The position numbers and the translations under genes were made by a program. Of a stretch of 64,000 nucleotides of DNA, positions 52,690 through 63,475 are shown piece after piece. The stretch is from Lama glama (taxonomy: Eukaryota). The notes under the pieces are model-generated. The model ran no database searches. It was not told where the DNA came from and saw only the letters and a list, made by a program, of their open reading frames with translations. Numbering within the stretch: position 1 is the first letter of the stretch; every line of letters starts with the position of its first letter. Where the stretch lies: NCBI GenBank assembly GCA_028534125.1, contig CM052841.1, positions 40,238,001-40,302,000 on the forward strand. Direction: 5' to 3'.

Positions 52690-53703
52690 ATCCACACCTC
52701 TCTTTGGACCTGCCGGCCTCCTCTTCCTGGTGGTTTTCCCTAGCCTTAGACAGAGGCCACCCATGCCTTCTCTTTTCTGAGTTCTCAGGAAGCTCACTGC
52801 CCTGGAGGGCAGAGTGTGTCTTCCTCTTAGCCCCAGGACTCAGCTGCTGGGGCAACTCCACTGGCTGAGTTGTGACTATACCTCCGGGGTCCTCCTCATC
52901 TCAGCTAATGGCAATTCACCCTCCCAGCTGCTCAGGCTAAAATCTGGAGTCATTCTTGACTCTCCACCCCTCTTTCACATCTCATATTTCATCTGTCAGG
53001 AAATCCTGCAGCTCTGCCTTCAGGATGTCCTGAGTCCCATCTCTTCTCATCACCTATGGCTAGTGCTCGAGTTCCAGAGGCTGTATGTTCCCCCAGCTGG
53101 CCTCCTGGCTGGGTCCCTTCAATTTATTCTCCACTAGGCAGCCAGAGTGATCCTTTCAAAACCCAAGTTAGATCATGTCATTCCCCTGCTCAGAACTTCC
53201 ACTGACTGACTTCCCATCTCACCCAAAGTTAAAGCGAGAGACCCTTTCAGCGCCTCCCAGGCCTCCCCTGTCCCACCTCTGGACCTCCTCTCCCCACTTC
53301 CTCCCCACCTGCTCCACTCAGTCATGCTGATCACCCTGAAGCAGCCAGGCATGCTCCTGCCTTGGACTTTTGCCCTGACTGTTCCCTCCGCCTGGAATGC
53401 ACTTCTCTCCGAGAGCCATGTGAATCACACCAGCACACCCTTCAGCAAGCCCTCTCCAAGCACCTGTCTGAAATGGCACTCCAGCCCAAACTCAGGCCCA
53501 CCCTAGCCTCCTCATTCTGCTTTTACTTTCCTCTGCACTCTCTACCCAACATACTATATTTGCTTGACTCCTCTCATGAGACGGCAAACTCAGAGGAGCA
53601 TGAATTTTTATGTTTTTTTCATGGCTGTATCCCCAGTATCTAAATAGAACAATACCCAGCATGTAGCAGGCTCTCAACAATACCTATTGAATGAATGAAT
53701 GAG
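52690..53703 (+). mobile_element. L2a-like LINE, about 1 kb of the 3' end with tail
   Basis: Classic L2 motifs (atctggagtcattcttgactc; gcagccagagtgatcctttcaaaa...gatcatgtcattcccctgctca; ctgttccctccgcctggaatgc), ending ctcaacaatacctattgaatgaatgaatga. Confidence 0.85.
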
Positions 53704-54599
53704 GAGAAAGGACTTGGTATGGGCTCTCTTGACCCAGCTGAGGACTCGGGGTCTGGCCAGTGGTACCCACCTCCCCACCACCCCAATCCACCTGTCAAGT
53801 CACTTCTCCCCTCATCAGCCTCGGGAAGCCCCTTTCTGACCATTACTCTTAAGTTCTGCTTGGAAAACACGAGGCCTGAGTCATTCCCCAGGGCCCTGAC
53901 TAATTCTCCATCCTTTGGACCCACCTCCAAGATCCTTCCTCTACAGCATAATGGGAAATCCAGAGAGAGCTCCCCTTAGAGAAAATGGAAAGGAACTGAA
54001 TGATTTAGAGGAAAATTCAATTCTTCCTGGCTCAGCAGTTGAGAAAGCGCAAACTCTCAGGAAGCCAGTGCCTCTGAAAGTGAAACATTAATAGAAATAT
54101 TACTGGAAAATACCAAACAGGAAGAGAAGGAAAATTCCATTGTGGAAGCAAGGTCCTCAGTCGATGCTCCTTAATGGTCTCAGTAAAGAGTTTCAGAATC
54201 AAAACATGGAAAGAACCGGAAATCAATCAGGCTGTCACCCTTCCTGTGGACTGGAGCTTTGGCCAAGCCACCTCCAGACCACCACAGCACAAAGGGCACT
54301 GCGCTCAGAACAAGGTCAACAGCCTGGCCACTGGCTCAATCACTACCTCTGGGAGGCAGGGCAGGCTCCACTTCCTGGACCCTCAGTTTTTCCATCTATA
54401 AAATGGGGGTGACAGCACTTTCCTCACAGAGTGACTTGGAGAATCAAATTAATTATAGGTGTGAAAGTGTCCTTTAAGCTGTGGAATGCTTACCTAAATG
54501 TAGGAATCAGTAGCTCCTACAATGCTAACAGATGGGATTTTTATAAAGAATTTAAGTCTAGCCACAAATAAGGCAGAGAACATTCGAGATTGTACAGCC

Positions 54600-54860
54600 T
54601 GAGGTGGTATGGCCAGTGGTTAAAAACAAAGACCCTGGATCCAGCTTCAAATCTCATCTCTGCCACTTACTGAAGGGGTAACCTTAGACAAGTAACTTAA
54701 CCTCTCTACCTCAGTGTTCTCATATGTAAAATGGGAATGACAGTGGCATCCACCTCAAAGGACTCTGGTGAGGAGTAAATGTGTTAATGCATATAGAGTA
54801 CAAAGAACAGTGCCTGGCTCAGAGTATGTGCAATGAAAGTGCTGGCTAGGACTGCTATTG
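54600..54860 (+). mobile_element. MIR SINE, near full length
   Basis: gtggttaaaa...ctctgccacttact...aagtaacttaacctctct...tgtaaaatggga...agaacagtgcctggc. Confidence 0.85.
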
Positions 54861-55474
54861 TGGAAAACCCCTTCAACTGACTACTCTTTCTTACTCAAAT
54901 GCCTCCTTCTCCGAGAAGCCTTCCCTACTTTCCTCAGTTAAAATGAATCTCCTCCTGACCCTGCTTCTCCTGTAGCCCCATGGAATCAAGGCTCTGCCCA
55001 GAACAGCTTCTTTGCCAGGATGGCTCTCAGCTCACCCAAACCACTTTGATTATAGATAAATTCTGTCATGTAGAGCTGTGTTCTAACCTTGGTTCCTGTG
55101 TCCTCACCAGAAGATAAGCTCCTTACAGGCAAGCACTACCCACCCCCGTGGTTCATCCTTGTACCACACAGCTCCTGACAGTGGCCCACATGTGGCAATC
55201 CCTCAGTCAACATAAGCCAAACAGAAGTTACAAAGTCAGGGTGGCAGAGACCACTGCAGCCCATCTCCATCCTGCAGGAACACTCCCCTCAGAAAGCAGG
55301 CGGAGATTAGGCCATCAGCCAGCCTGCAACCAGCTCTCTGCTTTGAAGCCACAAATTCCAATTTATTTTCTAGGGCCCAGCCTGACCTATCCCTTCCCCA
55401 TAGGACACTACCCCTCGGCTCTTTCAGCATAAGATGTGAAAGTCAATGCCAAATGAAGCTGCACAGGGGAGCGC

Positions 55475-55512
55475 TTGACCATAGGCAAGTTCATTGACCA
55501 TAGGCAAGTTCA
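55475..55512 (+). repeat. Exact 19-bp tandem duplication (TTGACCATAGGCAAGTTCA)2
   Basis: Read directly from the sequence. Confidence 0.95.
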
Positions 55513-56164
55513 GCTTCGGTTAAATGACCAGAGGAAGCCACACCTGTTTCAGATTTGCCTTTTAATGCCTCTTTTATGCGGCAGAAATGCTTTGGGGGTG
55601 GGGAGAGGACGAGGTCAGATCTTGAGGGTTAAGTCTGGGGAAATCAGTTATGTTCTGAGATTGTCAGATTAGAAGATGGTCACTTGATCTCCTTCCAGGA
55701 AACTTAGGTTTCTTGTTGACAAGGGCCAAAGTACTACTGTTTTGTTTTGTTTTGTTTCGTCTGTAAAAGAGTACACACAGCCTGGCCAATCCTTGGAGGG
55801 AGGGAACGCTTGGTGTCAGAATGAGAAGATATGACAGCTACAAGAGACACATTCTGTGCAGCTATCCCTTGGGAAGCGCCAACTCTGTGTGCAGAATTTC
55901 TCTATGTAATAACTCAAGGGCTGCATTAACATCTCATTTATGGATCTCAGAGGCAGATAGGGGAGGGAGAGAGAAAAGCCAATTCTGGGGCCCCTTTGGG
56001 GACCACCAAAGCCCAGACTGAAAGAGAGAGGAATTAGGGCAGAAGAGTGCAAGAAGAGGAACCGTAAGTGAAGCGGGGGAGGAGACACACAACATACATT
56101 TCAGTCAATGTCAGAGCCTTACTATTGCCATCTAAATCATCCAAAAGAGTGGAACAAATTGATG

Positions 56165-56296
56165 AAAAGCATAAAGGGTTTGAATTTAGACCGCATCGGT
56201 GTGATCCTAGCTCTGACACTTGGTAGCTATGTGATTATTAGGCAAGTCGTAACCTCTACGCCTTGGTTTATCTGTAAAATGGGGATAAGACTACCC
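56165..56296 (+). mobile_element. MIR SINE 5' part (resumes at about 56994-57060 after the LTR)
   Basis: atcctagctctgacacttggtagctatgtga...tctgtaaaatggggataa, then ...tgtgaggattaaatga after the LTR. Confidence 0.75.
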
Positions 56297-56993
56297 ATGG
56301 TAGAGGGATGGCACTGAAAGCCCCAATTAATGGCCTGCCTATATCCCTGCCCTCTGCCACGGGACTTTGCAGCTCCTCCTTTCTCACTGAATCCTGGCTG
56401 GCCTCGTGACTTGCTTTGGTGAACAGAATGCCACAGAAGGGACAGTGTAGCAGTTTCTAACCTCAAGAAACTATATGGGCTTCTCTACTTTCTTGGAGCC
56501 CTGCCACCCTCATATGAACAATGCTAGCCCACTGGAAGATGAGACAGAGCCAAACTGACAGCCATGGCCATCCTAAACCAGGTGCCTCCAAACACATAAG
56601 AGAGCCCAGCTAGGATTGGCAGAGCCACACACCCACTCTACACTGACAGTAGATGCCTGAGTGAACCCAGCTGAGGCCAGAAAAACTACTCAGTTGACAT
56701 GTGGGTCCATGGACAATAATGAAGGTTTATCATTTAAAGCAGGGGTTGGAAACTACAGACCACAAGCCAGCAACCTGTTTTTGTAAATAAAGTTTTATTG
56801 GAACACCTTTATATATTGTATATGGCTGCTTTCAAGCTGTAATGGCAGAGCTTAATAGTTGTGATGGAGGCAGTCTGGCTTGCAAGCCTAAAAATATTTA
56901 CTATCTGGCCCTTTTAAGAAAAGTTTGCTAATCCCTGGTTTAAAATCACTGAGTATGGGGTGATTTGTTATGCAGCAATAGCTAACTGATACA
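56297..56993 (+). mobile_element. MLT1 (MaLR) solo LTR
   Basis: ctggcctcgtgacttgctttgg...aacagaatg near the 5' end and the diagnostic 3' end ggggtgatttgttatgcagcaatagctaactgataca. Confidence 0.85.
56740..56937 (-). mobile_element. MER58A nested in the MLT1 LTR
   Basis: Termini caggggttggaaact ... agtttgctaatccctg, flanked by 8-bp atttaaag/gtttaaaa. Confidence 0.9.
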
Positions 56994-58387
56994 GTGTGTA
57001 ACCCTCTTCTAAGGTGACTGTGAGGATTAAATGACCAATGAAGTGATTAGCCTGAAGCCTGAAGAATATATTCCTCTTCTGGGGAATTGATGGGAAAAAC
57101 TGGATTTGATAAGCAGCATTTCTCTCACTACTTTCATGGGACAGGACTTCAAAGGATAAAGTGTCCCAAGCCAAACCACAGCTACCAAGCTTGGCTCTTA
57201 CCTTTTCAGCCAATTACTTTCTAAGAACTGGATGGAGACCATGGTTGTTAACCAAATGGAAATGACTGACAGCTCATGCTTGGCCCTAGCTTCAGTCAAG
57301 CCACACATCAATGAGCTGATGTGAAAAAGACCAAAAAGACAAGTCATAACTTCCCAAAAAGGCACATGAGACACTCTTTTCCTTTTGTGGCTCCAACCTC
57401 CCTCTGCAATCCCTGCTGCTCCCATCCTTCAGGGCTTCCAACCATTCTCTTGGTACAAGCTTCTAAACGGAAAAAGCTCAAATGTCACCTCAACCTGAAA
57501 GCCCTCCTTGACTTTGCAGACAGAGCTGAGGCCCTCCCAGCCCTCTGCACACACCTCTGTCCTGGCATGCCTCAGGATGCGACACTGTCTTATTAACTGT
57601 CTCAGTCTCCCAGACTAGATGTTGAGAAGCTGGTGTTCAACTGCAAATCTGAGACGCTTCCCTCTTGGAAAGCTGGCCACAACTTATTCTCTCTAAATTC
57701 CCCCTGCCTAGCAGGCTGCTCAGAGACTGTCTGCTGAGTGTTTTTTTTTTTTTTTTTAAAAAAAAAAGGTTAGACATGATATTATTTATTCCTTGGGAAA
57801 CATGTTATTTAACTCAACTGTGGATGCTGACAAAATATAAAGTGTTAGTACACATTAGCATGTATTTAAAACTTGGGAAACTGATGTCATGGTGCATCTT
57901 GACTTTCTCAGTTGCAGTGGAAACAACATTTACTTAATTATGATAAAAGAAACAAGACTTCAGCAGAAAATATAACGGGATGAGACCTGTTTGGCTGCAC
58001 AAAAGGAGACCTACCAAGTTACTGTCCTCTTTTGTCATCATTATTTTTTTATAAAGACAACCTGAAGGAATAATATTTCTACCTACTGAAGTTTTGTTGT
58101 CTCTTCCCAGGAGCTCAGGCCCTCACTGTCTCTTACCTGGATTATATTGCAATTGCCCCCTAACTCCAGCCCCATCTCCCCCAGATTGCAGCAGCTCTTT
58201 ACAGCCTGGGATGCTCCTCAACCATGGTTCTGAGTCTGTCCCTTTCCTGGCTCAACAGTCTTCAAGGACTCCCCTGTGGGGTCTAAACTCAGGCCCCCAC
58301 CTATCTCACACTGTCATCTCTCATTCCCCAAGTGAGGCCCACTGCAAGAAAGCTCTGATTTTCAAGAACACACTCCGGTTGAGGTTT

Positions 58388-58467
58388 TGTATGCACATGT
58401 ACACACACACACGTGCCCACACACATACATATACACACACACTCACATACGCGCGTACACTCACAAC
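58388..58467 (+). repeat. Imperfect (CA)n microsatellite inside an L2 remnant
   Basis: Read directly from the sequence. Confidence 0.8.
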
Positions 58468-59419
58468 ACTGGGACCTCAGTACTCCTGCAGGCTGCAGTC
58501 AGCCCTTCTCCTGAGTTGAAATTCTACTTCCGTCTCTAAATCCAGCTCAAAGCTGCCTCCTAGGTGAAGACCTCAGTAAATTTCCTAAGACAAAAACACT
58601 GGGAGACAAATGATGGAAAGACAATGTATGTTGGTCTCCTCCAGAGGCTCAGGCCAGAGATTATTGCCCAGTCTTCTGCAGCCTTTATTCTCTCCCCTCC
58701 TAGGTCGCCCTTGTACGGAGAGATCTCTGAGCACAAAATAAGTGCTGGGTAAAAGTTGCTTAAATTGAAAACACAGTCCCTCCAGCATCTGATTCTAAAA
58801 GGGAAAAACCGGAGGCTGGCCAGAAGCAGTGAATTGTGACCAGGAGTGTGTATGCCCTGGGACTCACCTGGGAGAATAGGAGTTTGCCTAAGTGTGTGAC
58901 AGAGGGAAGCCCAGGTACTGAAGGAGGCAGGAGAGGATAGGGCTGGCAGCAGAGGTCCTGAAAGGAGGATTGGTGGACCAACAGCTCCTACTCCACGCCA
59001 CAGCAACTCTCAACACAGACTGACGTCAAAAACACAGCCCGACACACAGGGGGCATTCAACAGCCCTACAGGTTCTTGTCCTATCCCCTAGCAACTGATA
59101 AAGAGAAGCTGGACCTGAGATTAAGTGGGCTAGAAGTGGGTTTTCCTGGATCCATGGGTGAGGGGCAGAAGGCGGGCTCTAGGGTGTTCAGGGCTGGATC
59201 TGCAATGTGCCTGGCCTTCTGAAAGCTGTCTGGCTGGAAATAATGTGAAAACCAGGCTGTTTCTTGGCTGCCTGGACAGGAATGGGGCGGGTATGGGGTG
59301 AGTGTTGGCCCCAGATTAGGAGGCAGCCCTACAAGGAGGGCAGAAATGACGTAGTCTCTGCATTCCAAATCAGCTCTGGCTGAAGACTCAGAGAGAGGGT
59401 TAAAAAGCCACTGTCACAT

Positions 59420-59591
59420 GAGTGTTCTCAAAGTGTGGTCCCAGGATCAGTGGCAAAAGATCACCTGGAAATCTGTTAGAAATGCACATTCTCAGGCCCC
59501 ACACCACGTGTGGTGACTCAGGCTCTGTGCGGGATGGGTCCTGCAATCTGTGGTTTAAACAGCCCTCCAGGTGCTGGTTTGAGAAGCAATG
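59420..59591. mobile_element. MER5A (hAT-Charlie)
   Basis: gttctcaaagtgtggtccc...atcacctggaaatctgttagaaatgcacattctcaggcccca...tttgagaagcaatg. Confidence 0.85.
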
Positions 59592-61981
59592 CATAGTATG
59601 ACCCTCCCTGGCAGCTTTCCCTCCTGCTTGTTAGAAAAAAACGCCTGGTAGCCGAAATGCCTTGGAGGTATTGACTCCAAGGACCTGAGTATCGAGTCTG
59701 TATTGCAACAACTTCTTGAAATATCAAAGGGCTCGAAGTCACAACCTAGTAGGTGAAATGCAGTCCAGAGATCTTTTTTTAAAAAACCAAATCTGCTCAC
59801 ATCATTTAGCAACTAAATGCTCTTACGGTGCTTAGCTTACAAGGTAAGGTGCCCCCTGACCCAGGCCCTCCTGCTCCTCTGGGGTCCTGCCCAACTCTAA
59901 CCTCTTAAATCCGGCTACAGGGCCTTCCTGCAGTTCCCCAAAGCATCAGGCTCTCTTCCACAGCCAACCACAATAGTGGCCCTCCGTGACCACCTCCCGG
60001 TAAGCCATCCCATCACAGCACTGGTGCACACTTCTGCTTGGGCCACACTATTCATTGAGGAACCCTGCTCCAGTACCCAGCAGGGGAGAGCAGAGAAGAC
60101 CTGTAAGAAATATTTGGCAGAACGGAGCCAAGTCTTCAACACGCTGGACATCACAGTTATAAAAATTATCATTCCTCAGTATCTGAAATAGAATTAATTA
60201 TAATTAGGGAAAATGTTTACTAAAGTTTGAAAGCCATAAAGGAAGACTTTAGTGAGCAGGCAGACCACAAGCAGGGAGAGAGAAAGATTTGAATGCCTGG
60301 GAGGTGGCCATGGAGTAACAGGGGGGAGGCAGGGAGTCCAGTGAATCTCTCCAGGGAGCTAGGCTGGGCCGTCCTCACACATTCTGTCTCCAGGGACCTG
60401 AGGTTTTCCCAGGCCAGCACCTAGCCAAGCCTGGGCCATACAGCCTCTCTGCTCTTTCCCTCACAGATTGACCACAACCCTGTGATCCTGGGGGCTCCCA
60501 GAGAAATCTCCTCTGCCCTTAAGGCAGCACCTGGGTAGCCACCAGGCTCCCAGCACCCTATCATTTAGGTGGTGACATCATGGGTCCTTAGGAAGCCCAG
60601 AATCCATGCTTCTGAGATGTATCCCCAAACTGGTCCTGGGGGGAGGTGGAATCCTCAGACTGCCCATGCTGCATTCAGCAGACCCAGCAGGGAGGGGATA
60701 CTCTGGAGACCTGGGATCTTGAGGAGAGGAAGTCAGGCAGAAAAATTAAGAGGGGTGTCCCCTTACTCCTCCTATCTGGAAAACAAAAAAAATCCCTTTC
60801 CAAGCACCAGCTGGCAGGTAACAGCCTGTCTCACTCCTATCTGGACATCCAGTCCTAAAAGAAACTCAGATTCTTTATCAGCCTCCCCTAGTCCACACCT
60901 GGACAAAAGTTTACCTTTGGGAAAAGGTGGGGTTTGAGGGAGAACAAGAGGGACAGTAGCCTGGTAGCCATCACAGGGCACCAGGCCTCAGATGTAATCA
61001 AAATACTGCCTTCCACCAGAAGTAGACAGAACAAGTATTATTTTATGGGAGAAGGGAGGGTGTCACAGGAGTGTGAAAGGGAAGGAGAGGGCCCAGTCTG
61101 GCTGTAATTATCCTGCTTCAAAGGTGGGATATCAAGATGGTCTGATTTGTCAGGGAGGGGGGTTGCACAAAATAGTCCCCCTCATCCCTGGGACAGTATG
61201 GGGTCGGGTAAGGTCAAGAAGTAAGGTGAAGATTGGAGGGGTGGTTCTCCTTCCAGCTGGCCCAGGTAGGGGGACCCCTCTCCTGCGCCGCTAGAGGAAC
61301 TAACAGGTCGAAGTGGAGCGTCTTGGAGACCAGCACATTTCAACCGGAAAAGCACGCGTGTGGTTCCCGGTGAAGCTCCAGTACAAAAGGCCGCCCCATC
61401 TGGAAACCTGGCGCAGGGGGCGGAGCAGGGCGTTTAGAGGAATTTACATACAGCCGTTCAGAGACAGCCAGTCCAGATCTGCCACCAAGAGTGTGTAATA
61501 TCCGGCGAGTCCATTCCCAGCACTGGACCTCTCAGTTTCCCATCTATAGAATCGGGGATGGGGGGAGACGGGGTGGACAAGAGTAAACACTCTTTTAAGT
61601 CCGTGACAGCTCTGACTCTGATTTTCCTCCTCGGGGGCTGAAGGACTAGCTGCCTCTTTGAGGGGCAAGGCTGGGAGGGTCGCTCCCGTCAGGCTACTTC
61701 CGAAGCGGACACCTGGCTGTGGGCTCAGAGAGAGGACGTCTTAGGAGCAGCAGCGAAAAAGACTGTGTCAGGAGGCCGACGATCGGGGACGGCGGCGTGG
61801 GGGGGGGGGAGTGTCGGGGGGGAGCGTGTGCAAGGAGGCAGAATTGGGAAGTAGTGTGGGAGCCCTGACTCCAGTGTGCTAGCCCGAAGTGGTTGTAGGG
61901 ACTCGGAACCAGAGCGGTGCCTCAGTTTCCCCGTGAGCACAATGGCTCTGGAAACTCGGGTGAGGCGGAGGGGCGCCTTAC

Positions 61982-62692
61982 CTTGTCCTTCTTGCCGGCA
62001 CTGCTCTCCTCCGCAGCCGAGGCGCCACACTTGTTGAGCAGTTTCTTGCCTCCGCAGGCCGTCGGGCTCCAGGTGCGGCCCCCTGAGCAGGCGCCCCCCG
62101 GGGGATCTCCTGCACCGCCCGCAGCGCTCTCCACCTTAATCAGGCGGTGCTTGGGGGAGATGTAGCGCACCTCAGCCGGCGTGGCGGGCCGCCGCTCGCT
62201 GCTGCTGCGGTAAAGGTGCGGGGAGCCAGAGGACGAGGACGAAGACGCGGCGGCGCCCGCGCCGGAGGAGGCACAGCAGCAGCCCGCGGCGCCCGAAGCG
62301 GACGAGGCCGAGAAGGCGCGCTGGCCCCCGGCCGGCTCCCCGCCGCCGCAGTAGTCCAGACGGCACATGGCGCGCAGTTTGCGCAGCGACGAGCCGGGCC
62401 CGTTGTAGGGGTCCTCAAAGTCGCGCTCCTTCTGTGCGCGGTAGGCGCGGATGAGGTCGCTCGTGCTGCCGCTGTCGTCGGGCAGCGATCCCGACGATGC
62501 TGAGAAGCAGGAGGCGGCTGCCGTACCGCAGGACGCCGAGGCGGCCGCGGGGGCCTGCGGCACGGCCTGGGGGTGCTGCGAGGGCCGCTCGCCCCGGCGC
62601 CGCTGCTCGCGATAGTCGGGCCGCGGTGGCTGCGGAGGACTCTTGGTCTTGCTGTTGCCCAAGCTGAAGTACTTGTTCAGCCACTTGGCCAT
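61982..62692 (-). CDS. SHB: SHB coding exon 1 (codons 1-237)
   Basis: Translates MAKWLNKYFSLGNSKTKSPPQPPRPDYRE...RYISPKHRLIKVES...AGKKDK, recognised as the SHB N-terminus. Strong Kozak context (gccATGG). Ends at a canonical phase-0 donor AAG|gtaagg (GT at 61981-61980). 711 nt = 237 codons. Confidence 0.97.
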
Positions 62693-62705
62693 GGCGAGAG
62701 GCCGC

Positions 62706-62747
62706 CTAGGGCCGCGGCGCGGGAGCCTGGTCCGCCGCCGCGGCCAT
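62706..62747 (-). other. uORF2 in the SHB leader (13 aa, MAAAADQAPAPRP*)
   Basis: ATG at 62747 (cgaATGG) and TAG at 62708-62706, ending 13 nt before the main ATG. Confidence 0.6.
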
Positions 62748-62831
62748 TCGGGGGGCAGAGCTGTCGCCCAGGTCCCTCGGCGCCCCAGCCCCGGAGAGGG
62801 GCGTCCGGGGCGCCCGCTCCCGACGCCAAGT

Positions 62832-62954
62832 TCAAGTTCTCTCCGCCGCCTCCTGCCGGCCGCTCCCGGGCTCCGGCAGCTGCAGCACCGCCCTCCGCCT
62901 CCGCCGCGCGCCGCCCCGGCTTCGGATCTCGCGCCCCTCTCGGGCGCGTCTCAT
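62832..62954 (-). other. uORF1 in the SHB leader (40 aa, MRRAREGREIRSRGGARRRRRAVLQLPEPGSGRQEAAERT*)
   Basis: ATG at 62954 and TGA at 62834-62832. The ATG is 262 nt upstream of the main ATG, so out of frame. Translation is unproven. Confidence 0.6.
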
Positions 62955-63319
62955 GGGATCCCGGCCGCGGCCCCACAGAGAGCGAAAGGCCCTGGCGCCC
63001 CCCGCCTCGGACGCTCTAGTCGTGCGCTCCTCTTGGAGCGCGCTTCTTCCCCGTCGGAACCGTAACCTCCACCTTGGCCGGGATCCGCGGCTGCTGCGGG
63101 AACTTGTCGGCGTCCCCAGCCCCCCTTCTTCCTTTCAGAGCTCTGAGGCGAGCCTGCACCCGCGGCGGGCGAATAAGCGGACGGGAGAGCGAGCGAGCAA
63201 CGGAGGAAGGCAGCCGGCGCCTGCTCGAGCCCGCGCGCCCGTGCCCGTCCCAGCGGCGCCTGCCGCTGCCGCCGCCGCCGCCTCCTGAACCGCCGCGTGT
63301 GTGACACTCGGGCCACCAG

Positions 63320-63475
63320 AGCCCGCCCCTCGCCGCGGCCCCGCCCTCCCCGGGCTCGCGCGCGCGCCCCGCCCCCAGTCCGCCCCCGCAGGCCCCGCCC
63401 CGCCCACCCCCAAGAGCATCGATGCCAGACCTCGGCCCTGGCCCCGCCCGTCTTGCGCCCGGGTCCTGGGCGGGA
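63320..63475 (-). promoter_or_regulatory. TATA-less core promoter with clustered Sp/KLF GC boxes
   Basis: Several CCCCGCCC/CCGCCC motifs (GGGCGG on the minus strand) directly upstream of the leader. No TATA box seen. Confidence 0.7.

Larger units (their letters stand above)
16727..61981 (-). other. SHB: SHB intron 1 (45,255 bp, GT-AG, phase 0)
   Basis: Bounded by the exon 1 donor and the exon 2 acceptor. The joined reading frame is continuous (KKDK|VTIADD). Confidence 0.92.
62693..63310 (-). other. SHB: SHB 5' UTR part of exon 1 (TSS position approximate)
   Basis: GC-rich leader between the GC-box cluster and the main ATG, including a short (GGC)n run near 63260-63283. The TSS is inferred, not observed. 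Confidence 0.6.

Noticed and set aside
61922-61981. C-terminal 19 aa (VRRPSASPEF...) of the 256-aa ORF
   Set aside because: Read-through into intron 1 past the canonical gtaagg donor.
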